Below are positions 37,041 to 45,183 of a DNA stretch of 57,215 nt, piece after piece. How positions within the stretch are numbered: the stretch's first letter is position 1; the number at the start of each line of letters is the position of its first letter. Origin of the DNA: an uncultured Gammaproteobacteria bacterium (GTDB taxonomy: Bacteria; Patescibacteriota; Microgenomatia; Levybacterales; UBA12049); NCBI GenBank assembly GCA_964483115.1, contig CAYZZF010000001.1:85907-143121 (forward strand). Reading direction: 5' to 3'. Below the pieces are notes generated by a model. The model ran no database searches, had not been told where the DNA came from, and worked only from the letters and a program-made list of their open reading frames with translations. The position numbers were made by a program, and so were the translations under genes.

Positions 37041-39338
37041 ATGAAAATAATTAAAAAAATAAAAAAAGCACTAATAACATTGTTAATAATAGTAGTAATT
37101 GCTATTCAAGTTGGTCCTGTTGTTTATGCAGAGGATATCCCAACAGCTCCTACCCCACCAACAGCTCCTACCCCACCAACAGCTCCGACCGCACCAGATT
37201 CAACTATTTCTCCTCCAACTCCACCGGCTGCCCCCACACCACCTACTGCTCCAGAATTAACGGTTACGCCTCCATCCGCTCCAACTCCGCCAACAGCCCC
37301 GACTCCACCCAAAGCTCCAACCCCTCCTTCTGCGCCTACTCCTCCAAGTTTACCTCCGTCTTTGGATACCACTGGTGTCCAGCAAGATCAAAATACTGCA
37401 AATCAACAAGGTACAGGTGGAGAAACTTCGAATTTTAATAACGGAGATCCGTCAATTAAAACCGGAGATATAAACAATACTGGAAATATTTCGACTATCG
37501 GGAACAATAATCTTTCGACTACAACTCAAGGATGTTGTACAAACGCAGCATCGGTAGTAAGTAATGGTAATGGAGCAAACTCCACAAATAGTGGATCTGC
37601 AACCATCTTAGATAACAATAATTTGTCTCAAGCAAATGGAGCGACAGTCGGAAACAATCTTTCCAGTTCTTCAGTTTCAGGAAATAACTCGGCATCGTTT
37701 AACGTTGGTAATTCAAGTATTGTTTCTGGCAACGCAAACACCACAGGTACAATTGTTACAGGGGTGAATACCAATGTAGATAATGTTGCAGTTTCAGAAT
37801 TTAATGTGGTAGATAATAATACAGGCGATATTATTCTTGATTTTGGTGCGAATTGTATTTCAGGATGTAATGGAAGTAGTGGAGCGCTTACTGCACAAAA
37901 CTCGAATAACGCAGCAGGATCTGTAAATACTTCTTCTTTGGACAGTACCAACAATAATACCAATTTGCAAAATAACGATGCTGTAATAACAAATGATCTT
38001 ACTTTAGGATCAAATTCAGGCAGCAATTCTACAAGTTATAATACAGGCGGGGATTCGTCAATTACTACAGGCAATGCAAATGTCGCGGCAAATGTTTTGA
38101 CTTTAGTAAATAACAATTTAGCAGGAAATGTTGTATTCGGAATTGTAAATATTTTCGGCAATCTTATAGGCGATATAATTCTTCCTCAGAGCGTGATCGA
38201 TTCTTTATCCTGTTTAGCATGCGGGAGTTCTTTGAGCGCGGTAAACAGCGGGAATGGTGCTAATTCCACAAATAACGCAGAAATAAGTAGTACATCCACT
38301 AACACAACACTTCAGAATAACAATGCAACAATAGATAATAATTTATTACTCTCGGCAACGACTGGTAACAATAGCTCAAACTTTAATACAGGTGGTGATT
38401 CAAGCGTTATAACAGGAAATTCCGATATTAATGCTCAAGTATTAAATATTGCTAATTCGAATATCAATGGCGGTAACATGTGGCTTGTTATTATAAATAA
38501 AGCAGGTCAATGGATTGGGCAGATTTTGGGAGCACCGGTTGGTAGCAATTTTGCGGGTTCATCAGGCAGTGAATTTACAGTTAGTCCAACTGGCGAAATA
38601 ACCGTAACAAACAGTGGAAATGGCGACGGATCAGTAAATAATTCAAATGTCTCAAGCGCAAGCAATAATACTACTGTCCAAAATAATAACGCAAAAATTG
38701 TAAATAACCTTAATCTTTCCGCAAACACCGGTAACAATATGGCCAGTGACAATACAGGTGGTGATTCAACTATAAAGACAGGAGATGCAAAAATTATCGC
38801 CAGTCTTATAAACTTTGTTAACAATAATATTACCGGAGGCGGAAAGTTAATTGTAACCGTTGTTAATGTTTTTGGTAGCTGGCTTGGGGATTTTGTAACC
38901 CCAGGTACAAATAAAGATAAAAAGACTAATGATCCGTCTGGTATTGGAGGACCGATAGCTCAAGCTCAGCTAGCTGGCGATAATCGCAACAGTGGATCTT
39001 CGGATAATAACCAAAATAATAGTGGGTCAAACTCTAGTCCGTCGTTGCAGCAGAACAATTCACCGATAGTGGTTGATGCGGCAATAGGCTATGGAGATAT
39101 TGGAGAGAATAAAGGACAAATCTTGACAACTTCAACCTATAAACCCGATCCAGGTCTTGTTCTCGCCAGCGCTCAGATGCATAATTTGGATTTGCAAAAT
39201 TCAAATACTGCTGGGGCAAAAAAAATAAACATAAATCTCGCGTGGGCAATTATTATTATTCCAGTTTTACTGACTGCTTATTTTACAATAAAAAGAAAGT
39301 ATTTATTTAATTTTCTGTCCCTTAAAAAGGGCATATAA
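37041..39338 (+). CDS. Large surface protein: signal/TM, PTAPTP proline-rich stalk, four Asn/Ser/Thr-rich repeat modules, C-terminal TM anchor with KRK tail
   Basis: 765-aa ORF. Modules contain S-x-x-G-N/S-N-S-x-S-x-N-T-G-G-D-S-S-I-T-T-G-N-A and end in hydrophobic V-N-x-F-G-x-x-x-G-D. C-terminus is AWAIIIIPVLLTAYFTIKRKY. No canonical LPxTG. Confidence 0.8.
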   Translation: MKIIKKIKKALITLLIIVVIAIQVGPVVYAEDIPTAPTPPTAPTPPTAPTAPDSTISPPTPPAAPTPPTAPELTVTPPSAPTPPTAPTPPKAPTPPSAPTPPSLPPSLDTTGVQQDQNTANQQGTGGETSNFNNGDPSIKTGDINNTGNISTIGNNNLSTTTQGCCTNAASVVSNGNGANSTNSGSATILDNNNLSQANGATVGNNLSSSSVSGNNSASFNVGNSSIVSGNANTTGTIVTGVNTNVDNVAVSEFNVVDNNTGDIILDFGANCISGCNGSSGALTAQNSNNAAGSVNTSSLDSTNNNTNLQNNDAVITNDLTLGSNSGSNSTSYNTGGDSSITTGNANVAANVLTLVNNNLAGNVVFGIVNIFGNLIGDIILPQSVIDSLSCLACGSSLSAVNSGNGANSTNNAEISSTSTNTTLQNNNATIDNNLLLSATTGNNSSNFNTGGDSSVITGNSDINAQVLNIANSNINGGNMWLVIINKAGQWIGQILGAPVGSNFAGSSGSEFTVSPTGEITVTNSGNGDGSVNNSNVSSASNNTTVQNNNAKIVNNLNLSANTGNNMASDNTGGDSTIKTGDAKIIASLINFVNNNITGGGKLIVTVVNVFGSWLGDFVTPGTNKDKKTNDPSGIGGPIAQAQLAGDNRNSGSSDNNQNNSGSNSSPSLQQNNSPIVVDAAIGYGDIGENKGQILTTSTYKPDPGLVLASAQMHNLDLQNSNTAGAKKININLAWAIIIIPVLLTAYFTIKRKYLFNFLSLKKGI
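37139..37360 (+). repeat. Proline-rich tandem coding repeat (18-bp unit ccaacagctcctacccca = PTAPTP, degenerating downstream)
   Basis: Two perfect units at 37139-37174, followed by diverged PTAP/PSAP/PKAP units. Confidence 0.8.
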
Positions 39339-39386
39339 TTTACTGCAAATTTTTAAGATATTTTTAAAATATAACTAAAGGTGATT

Positions 39387-40568
39387 ATGATTAAGAGAAT
39401 TTTTACATCATTAATTTTCGTTTTGCTTTTTGGAATGCTTTTTACAGCTTTGGTAAGTGCACAGGATACAGTGCTATCAATAACGAATAATGGTAGCGAC
39501 TCTACTAACGAAGTTAAGATAGACTCTACAACCACGACAACGGTTCAGCAATCAAACAATGCTCAAGTACAAAACAATATAACAAGTAATTCAAATACGG
39601 GAAATAATCAGACTTCTTCAAACTCCGGCTCGGCAGACATCACGACAGGATCTGTTACAAGCAGTGAAAACGTGAGTAATAAGAATATAAATTCAAATGT
39701 AGCGGAGAACAAAAACTGCGGTTGCGCAAATAATGTTACTGTGCAAATAACAGAGAACGGGACAAATTCGACCAACAATGCCAATTTAAACATTTCAAAC
39801 ACAACAAATATAACTCAAGAAAATAATGCAAATATTACTAACAATATTGAAGTTCATGCAAATACGGGAGACAATAGCGCAAATAACAATGGAGGAGATA
39901 TTGAGATAAAAACTGGAAATATCTTGAGTATAGTTACTATTAACAATAAAAACATTAATCAAAATGTTGACCCGCAAGATAATAAAGCAGGCATGTTGAC
40001 AGTTGCAATAAAAGATAACGGGGAAGGCTCAAGCAATAATGCGACGATTAGTCTATCTAATGTCTTTAACTACAAAAGCAAGAATATTGCTATTCTTGTG
40101 AATAGCGACATAGAAGACCCAAATACAGGCGGCAATACAGCAAATGGCAATATAGGAGGTGTTCTTATCATAACTGGTGATATTGTAAAAATTACGACCA
40201 TAGGAAATGAGAATATTAATGGTTCTTTCTTTAACCCTCCGCCGACGCAAATAATTCCACCCTCTCCTCCAGGAGGAGGAGGAACAGGAGGAGGAGGGGG
40301 GGGAGAGGGAGTTCCGCCTGCAGGCCCACCGCCAAGCGGCGGTGAAGCGCCATCAGGTAGCCAACCACCATCTTCTCCTTCAAGTGGGGCAGGAGCGTTA
40401 ATTAGCGTAGCCGGTCAGGTTCTCGCAGCCGCAGCAGGAGGAATTCTGCCGGTAACAGGAAATTATTGGATGTTGCTTTTGATTTTTCTTCTTTCTGCAA
40501 TGTTTCTTACGGGATGGTATCTGCGCTTCGGTTCCGACTCTTCTCCGCCAGCATATGCAATTGTCTAA
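39387..40568 (+). CDS. Sortase-substrate surface protein of the same repeat family (LPVTG sorting signal)
   Basis: Signal peptide, NCGCA Cys pair, module H-A-N-T-G-D-N-S-A-N-N-N-G-G-D-I-E-I-K-T-G-N, and a Gly/Pro-rich spacer. The C-terminus ILPVTG + NYWMLLLIFLLSAMFLTGWYL + R is a cell-wall sorting signal. Alternative GTG start at 39381. Confidence 0.8.
   Translation: MIKRIFTSLIFVLLFGMLFTALVSAQDTVLSITNNGSDSTNEVKIDSTTTTTVQQSNNAQVQNNITSNSNTGNNQTSSNSGSADITTGSVTSSENVSNKNINSNVAENKNCGCANNVTVQITENGTNSTNNANLNISNTTNITQENNANITNNIEVHANTGDNSANNNGGDIEIKTGNILSIVTINNKNINQNVDPQDNKAGMLTVAIKDNGEGSSNNATISLSNVFNYKSKNIAILVNSDIEDPNTGGNTANGNIGGVLIITGDIVKITTIGNENINGSFFNPPPTQIIPPSPPGGGGTGGGGGGEGVPPAGPPPSGGEAPSGSQPPSSPSSGAGALISVAGQVLAAAAGGILPVTGNYWMLLLIFLLSAMFLTGWYLRFGSDSSPPAYAIV
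40296..40303 (+). repeat. Homopolymeric G8 tract inside the LPVTG-protein gene
   Basis: gaggagGGGGGGGGagaggga. It sits upstream of the sorting-signal codons in an AT-rich genome. Confidence 0.9.
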
Positions 40569-41115
40569 AAAAAAGTTTATTGGAAACGCCCTGATGGCGT
40601 TTTCTCTTTCTTTAATTATTTTTATCTACTATCCAGTGATAGCTTTGTATCTTGTTCCAACTCAAACAGTCAATAAATTATCAGATACTTCATTTTATAT
40701 AGATATTCCCAAAATAAATGTGTTTCTCCCGATTATTTCTAATGTTGACCCTTTTAATGAAAAAGAATATAGAAAGGTTTTGGAAAAAGGAGTTGCTCAA
40801 GCAAAAGGTACGGCGCTTCCTGGAGAGAAAGGAACGTCTTATCTTTTTGGCCATTCATCTGATTCGCCATGGAGGATTACAAGATACAACATTGCCTTTT
40901 TTCGATTACCAGAACTTAAAAAAGGGGATATTATTTTAATCAAAAGACGCGGAAAAGAATATAAGTATAAAGTGAGCGGTGAAAAAACTGTCTGGCCTAA
41001 CGAGATTAATTATTTACTTGATACAAAAAAGACTCAGTTAATTTTACAGACCTGTGTACCGATAGGTACGTCTCTTCAAAGACTTCTTGTTTTTGCGGAC
41101 CCAGTTAAAGATTAG
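40555..41115 (+). CDS. Sortase-family transpeptidase
   Basis: N-terminal TM segment. Catalytic His in SYLFGHS, Cys in LILQTCVP (TLxTC-type), Arg in QRLLVFA. Overlaps the substrate gene by 14 nt. Confidence 0.85.
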   Translation: MQLSKKKFIGNALMAFSLSLIIFIYYPVIALYLVPTQTVNKLSDTSFYIDIPKINVFLPIISNVDPFNEKEYRKVLEKGVAQAKGTALPGEKGTSYLFGHSSDSPWRITRYNIAFFRLPELKKGDIILIKRRGKEYKYKVSGEKTVWPNEINYLLDTKKTQLILQTCVPIGTSLQRLLVFADPVKD

Positions 41116-41295
41116 TTCCAGCTGAATAAATGTATTACCCATGGCCTAAAAGAAAACTTTTCTCCTTAATTTCATCTTTGGATAATCCCAAGCATATTGA
41201 ACATTTTTTTAATGATTTTTGACTCATGAAACTTCTTTTTATCTATCGGGGAAGTGCTATTCAAAAATACCACATATTTTCAAGAAGAGTTATTA

Positions 41296-41321
41296 ATAAA
41301 AAACCCCGCATTTCTGCAGGG
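41296..41321 (-). terminator. Intrinsic terminator (GNRA-looped 7-bp hairpin plus T-tract), usable in both directions
   Basis: Minus strand reads CCCTGCA-gaaa-TGCGGGG followed by tttttt. On the plus strand the same hairpin is followed by ctttta. Sits between the convergent sortase gene and the 109-aa gene. Confidence 0.6.
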
Positions 41322-41345
41322 CTTTTATAAACACTTAACGCAAAT

Positions 41346-41675
41346 TTAATTGTTTTGGTTAAGGGTGTTGGTAATGGTTACACTTACCGTTGCATCTCCA
41401 GTCTTTACTGAATTAGACCCACCATTGTTTAAGTCAGCACTGTTGCCACCTGTTGATGCTCCAGCAAGAACAATATTACCTACTGTAGCAGTATTTGACT
41501 TCACTGTTACACTAGTGTTTGTAATCTTAATCTTACATATATTCAATGAGTTATGTCCGCTGCCAGAAATTGTACACGTGTTACCACTAGCCGCGAATGC
41601 AGCACCAGGCAGAAGTGTTGCGGCAAGGATTGCACCAGTTGCAATTGCTGTTTTTACTTTTTGTTTAATTGTCAT
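41346..41675 (-). CDS. Small secreted single-module member of the repeat family
   Basis: 109 aa. The signal peptide MTIKQKVKTAIATGAILAATLLPGAAFA is clearly related to that of the 35668 protein. One module: A-G-A-S-T-G-G-N-S-A-D-L-N-N-G-G-S-N-S-V-K-T-G-D-A. Strong SD AGGAGGTG lies 7 nt upstream. Confidence 0.7.
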   Translation of the reverse strand: MTIKQKVKTAIATGAILAATLLPGAAFAASGNTCTISGSGHNSLNICKIKITNTSVTVKSNTATVGNIVLAGASTGGNSADLNNGGSNSVKTGDATVSVTITNTLNQNN

Positions 41676-41882
41676 TCTTTTTCACCTCCTTTCTTCAAAA
41701 AATTAAAAACCAGCCCAAGAGCTGGCCTTTTAAGTTTTAAGATAATATTAATTCGGGCAGATAATTCATAATTATATTCTTGAAAAATCCTTCTCCCTGA
41801 GCGGGCAGCTCACAGAGAGAGTTTGTCATGAGCAGTTGACAAAGTACGAGTATTATAAATTATGTTTGGATTATTATGTCAA
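41676..41882 (-). promoter_or_regulatory. Promoter (TTGACA-19-TATAAT) plus ~170-nt structured leader with a terminator-like hairpin upstream of the 109-aa gene
   Basis: Minus strand -35 at 41882-41877 and -10 at 41857-41852. Hairpins at 41843-41822 (TTTGTCA-N8-TGACAAA), 41820-41792 and 41725-41710 (CCAGC-tcttgg-GCTGG, then TTTTT). Only then comes the SD. Confidence 0.4.
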
Positions 41883-41970
41883 GACGACAAACTAGATAAA
41901 ACTATGTAAGAATTATTTTAATAAAGGGGATTTGAACAAAAAGAGGCAGGAGAGTATAATATAGTTCTAT

Positions 41971-42984
41971 ATGGCGAAACTTTTGGGACTTATGTTGATG
42001 TCCCTGTTTATTACTTTTATTCTTCTTATTCCTTTCATTGACTTTCTCTACAAGATGAAGTTTCGCAGGCAGAAACAAAAGACACTGGATATCTTCGGCA
42101 AACCTGCACCCAATTTTGATAAATTTCATGCATGGAAAGAGGGTACGCCTGTTGGCGGGGGAGCCTTAATTATTGTTACCGTTTCAATATTATCGCTTTG
42201 GTCATATGGAATGTTAGGTGTAGAAGTAAAACCATGGGAAATTTTTGTAATACTTTTTACACTTATTAGTTTTGGAATCTTGGGATTTTATGACGATTTG
42301 AAAAAATTTGTTAATAATGGAAAGAAATTTGCCTTTTTCGGGCTTAGATTTAGATATAAATTTCTTATTCAATGGCTATTGGCGTTGGTTGTGGCTGTAA
42401 TTTTATTTACACAGCTTGGATATTCATTTATATTTATTCGAGGATTTGGAATGGCCAGTCTTGGCTTTCTCTATATTCCTATTGCTGCATTTATCATTGT
42501 ATCATTTACCAATGCCTTCAATATCGCAGATGGACTCGATGGGCTTGCAACAGGTCTTCTTCTAATTTGTCTTGGAGCATTTTTGGCATTATCTGCCAAT
42601 AGCGTTGATCAAACTTCAAAAATTTTTATAGCAATTCTTATAGGGAGCATTACAGCATTTCTTTACTTTAATATTTACAAAGCGAGAATTTGGCTGGGAG
42701 ATGTTGGAACATTGTCACTTGGGGCAGTCCTGGCGGTAATAGGACTTCTGACAGGAAAAATTATAGCTTTGGCATTTATCGGCGGAGTATTTATTATTGA
42801 AGTAGGGTCTTCTTTAATACAAATTCTTGGTAAAAAATTCTTAGGAAGAAAAATATTTTCTGTTTCTCCATTTCATCTCTATCTTCAAAAAATAGGCTGG
42901 GATGAGCCAAAAATCGTTATGAGGGCTTGGCTTCTTGGATTTTTCTTCGCTATTTTGGGGCTTTACATCGCCTTTATAAGATGA
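41971..42984 (+). CDS. mraY: Phospho-N-acetylmuramoyl-pentapeptide transferase
   Basis: Polytopic, with NAFNIADGLDGLATG and DVGTLSLG motifs. Confidence 0.9.
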   Translation: MAKLLGLMLMSLFITFILLIPFIDFLYKMKFRRQKQKTLDIFGKPAPNFDKFHAWKEGTPVGGGALIIVTVSILSLWSYGMLGVEVKPWEIFVILFTLISFGILGFYDDLKKFVNNGKKFAFFGLRFRYKFLIQWLLALVVAVILFTQLGYSFIFIRGFGMASLGFLYIPIAAFIIVSFTNAFNIADGLDGLATGLLLICLGAFLALSANSVDQTSKIFIAILIGSITAFLYFNIYKARIWLGDVGTLSLGAVLAVIGLLTGKIIALAFIGGVFIIEVGSSLIQILGKKFLGRKIFSVSPFHLYLQKIGWDEPKIVMRAWLLGFFFAILGLYIAFIR

Positions 42985-42985
42985 A

Positions 42986-44059
42986 ATGAAAAGGGTAGAT
43001 TTAACTCTCCTTCTAACAGTTGTATTCCTAACACTCTTTGGACTGTTTATGATATATGATGTGTCTTCTTTTGTCGCTTTTAGAGACTTTGGTGATAAAT
43101 ATCACTATATAAGAGGACAATCTTTCTGGGTCTTTTTAGGATTTTTATTTTTAATTATTTTCTCTTTTTTTGATTATCACAGATTTTACAATCTTTCGCT
43201 ACCAATTCTTATTGCAGCTCTTACACTTTTAATATTAGTTTTTGTTCCTGGTATTGGAATTTCTCTTCTTGGAGCTCACCGATGGATAGATTTTAAATTT
43301 TTTACTCTTCAGCCTGCTGAGTTTGTAAAATTGGCTCTTGCAATTTATCTTGCTTCTTGGCTATCAACACGGGAGAAAGGTAGATTCTTGGCGTTTTTAC
43401 TACTTTTGGCTCTGGTTTCAGCTCTTGTATTGCTTGAACCAGATATGGGAACGGCTATTATTATACTTTCAGAAGCTCTTGTTGTGTATTTTTTTTCGGG
43501 AGGAAGTATACTTTATTTTGCGGGTCTGTTGCCAGTGATTGCGGCAATTGGGTTTTTTCTTATCAAATTGTCACCGTACAGATATAAGAGACTTGAGACT
43601 TTTTTTAATATAAATCAATCGATTGGAACGTCTTCTTACCATGTGCGTCAAATTTTAATTGCTTTAGGTTCTGGAGGAATATTTGGCGTTGGGCTTTCAA
43701 ATTCGCTTCAGAAGTATGCATATTTACCCGAGACAACGACTGACTCAATCTTTGCCATAATTGCCGAAGAGCTTGGCTTTATAGGCGCAACATTTATTAT
43801 TATCTTACTTGCTGTTATTGTATGGCGAGGCTTTTACATAGCGATAAAAGCAAAAGATAATTTTGGCAGACTTCTAGCGGGTGGAATTACTACTTTTTTA
43901 GCAGTACAGACAATTATAAATCTTGCCTCACAAACCGTACTTTTACCTCTTACCGGAGTTCCCCTGCCATTTATCTCCTATGGTGGATCTGCCCTTATAA
44001 TTGATCTTTGTTCAGTTGGTGTCCTTTTGAATATCTCAAAACAAGGCGTAAAGGTATGA
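42986..44059 (+). CDS. ftsW: SEDS-family peptidoglycan glycosyltransferase FtsW
   Basis: Ten-TM SEDS pattern: EFVKLALAIYLA, PDMGTA, ETTTDSIFAIIAEELGFIG, GVPLPFISYGGSAL. Position between mraY and murG. Confidence 0.85.
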   Translation: MKRVDLTLLLTVVFLTLFGLFMIYDVSSFVAFRDFGDKYHYIRGQSFWVFLGFLFLIIFSFFDYHRFYNLSLPILIAALTLLILVFVPGIGISLLGAHRWIDFKFFTLQPAEFVKLALAIYLASWLSTREKGRFLAFLLLLALVSALVLLEPDMGTAIIILSEALVVYFFSGGSILYFAGLLPVIAAIGFFLIKLSPYRYKRLETFFNINQSIGTSSYHVRQILIALGSGGIFGVGLSNSLQKYAYLPETTTDSIFAIIAEELGFIGATFIIILLAVIVWRGFYIAIKAKDNFGRLLAGGITTFLAVQTIINLASQTVLLPLTGVPLPFISYGGSALIIDLCSVGVLLNISKQGVKV

Positions 44060-45183
44060 AAATTGCAATCATTGGAGGGCATCTATCGCCTGCTCTGTCT
44101 GTAATTGATGTCTTGCCAAAAAACACAAAGCTCCTATTTATAGGACGAAGATATACTTTTGAGGGAGATAAAACTTTATCCTTGGAATATAAAACCATAA
44201 CTGGTCTTGGAATTCAATTTTTACCCATCATAACCGCAAGGTTTCAAAGAAAATTTACAAGATATACTATTCCTTCCCTTTTTAAATTACCAACAGGATT
44301 TATTCAGGCATTTTCTATTCTTAATAAATTTAAGCCCGATGTGGTTTTGGGTTTTGGGGGATATTTAGAAATTCCAGTAGTCCTAGCGTCATTTTTTTTA
44401 AGAATTCCGGTTGTGATTCATGAACAGACTCAAGAAGCTGGTCTCGCAAATAAAATCAGCTCCCGGTTTGCTAAAAAAATCTGTGTGTCATGGAAATCTT
44501 CTGAAAAACATTTTCCAAAAGAAAAAACAACTTTTACAGGCAACCCAATAAGAAAATTCAAAATTCTCGCATCGCGGCGGAGCGGACAAAATTCAAAACT
44601 CAAAATTCAAGAAGACAACTTGCCGTTAATTTATATTACAGGAGGAAGTGCAGGCTCTCATTTTATAAATAATTTAGTAGAGGGGTGTTTGGAAAAATTA
44701 CTTAGGAATTTTAGAATAATTCATCAAACAGGAGAAACAGAAGAATTCAAGGATTTTACTAAACTTATCGCTCTTCGCAAAAAACTTTCGCCTAAACTTA
44801 CAGAAAGATATGTTATTCAAGAATTTATTGAACCCTTTGATGTTTTTCGCTTACTTAAAAGAGCAACACTTGTAATTGGAAGATCTGGAATAAATACTGT
44901 TTGCGAGCTTATGTATATAGGTACTCCCTGTCTTTTGATACCGCTGCCTTTCTCACAAAATAATGAACAATTTAAAAATGCAGTTCTTCTTAAAAAAATC
45001 GGAATTTGTGAGATTGCCGATCAGACTTATTTGGATTCCGAAAAGTTTTACCGCATTATAAAATCTATGATTAATAATATAGAAAACTATAAAAAAAATG
45101 CTCATAAGGCTAAAAGTTTTGTTCATAAAGATGCAGGTTTAAAAATAGTAAAAGTTTTAGAGTATGCGGCGAAGAATAAATAA
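44056..45183 (+). CDS. murG: UDP-GlcNAc--undecaprenyl-PP-MurNAc-pentapeptide GlcNAc transferase
   Basis: MKIAIIGGHLSPALSV, TGNPIR, ITGGSAGS and the C-terminal nucleotide-sugar-binding half. The ATG at 44056 overlaps the ftsW stop (ATGA); the 44008 extension in the track is rejected. Confidence 0.85.
   Translation: MKIAIIGGHLSPALSVIDVLPKNTKLLFIGRRYTFEGDKTLSLEYKTITGLGIQFLPIITARFQRKFTRYTIPSLFKLPTGFIQAFSILNKFKPDVVLGFGGYLEIPVVLASFFLRIPVVIHEQTQEAGLANKISSRFAKKICVSWKSSEKHFPKEKTTFTGNPIRKFKILASRRSGQNSKLKIQEDNLPLIYITGGSAGSHFINNLVEGCLEKLLRNFRIIHQTGETEEFKDFTKLIALRKKLSPKLTERYVIQEFIEPFDVFRLLKRATLVIGRSGINTVCELMYIGTPCLLIPLPFSQNNEQFKNAVLLKKIGICEIADQTYLDSEKFYRIIKSMINNIENYKKNAHKAKSFVHKDAGLKIVKVLEYAAKNK
44552..44610 (+). 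repeat. Two CAAAATT-type heptamer blocks flanking a 21-nt GC-rich core in murG
   Basis: gaaaatt caaaatt [ctcgcatcgcggcggagcgga] caaaatt caaaact caaaatt. Encodes KFKILASRRSGQNSKLKIQ in the GNPxR-to-GGS linker. Confidence 0.85.

Noticed and set aside
37124-37372. 82-aa minus-strand ORF (G/V/A-rich).
   Set aside because: It is a mirror image of the proline-rich PTAPTP coding repeat on the plus strand, a typical antisense shadow ORF.
35668-40568. Considered whether the Asn-rich (AAY-rich) repeat proteins are targets of a diversity-generating retroelement.
   Set aside because: The window has no reverse transcriptase ORF and no template/variable repeat pair. Differences between modules are spread over all bases rather than confined to adenines.
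41135-41227. 30-aa minus-strand mini-ORF (MSQKSLKKCSICLGLSKDEIKEKSFLLGHG) between the sortase gene and the terminator.
   Set aside because: It is too short, has no SD and no recognisable motif. It cannot be distinguished from chance.
41350-41706. 118-aa plus-strand ORF opposite the 109-aa gene.
   Set aside because: The minus-strand product has a signal peptide homologous to the 35668 protein, the family repeat module, a strong SD and a terminator. The plus-strand ORF has none of these.
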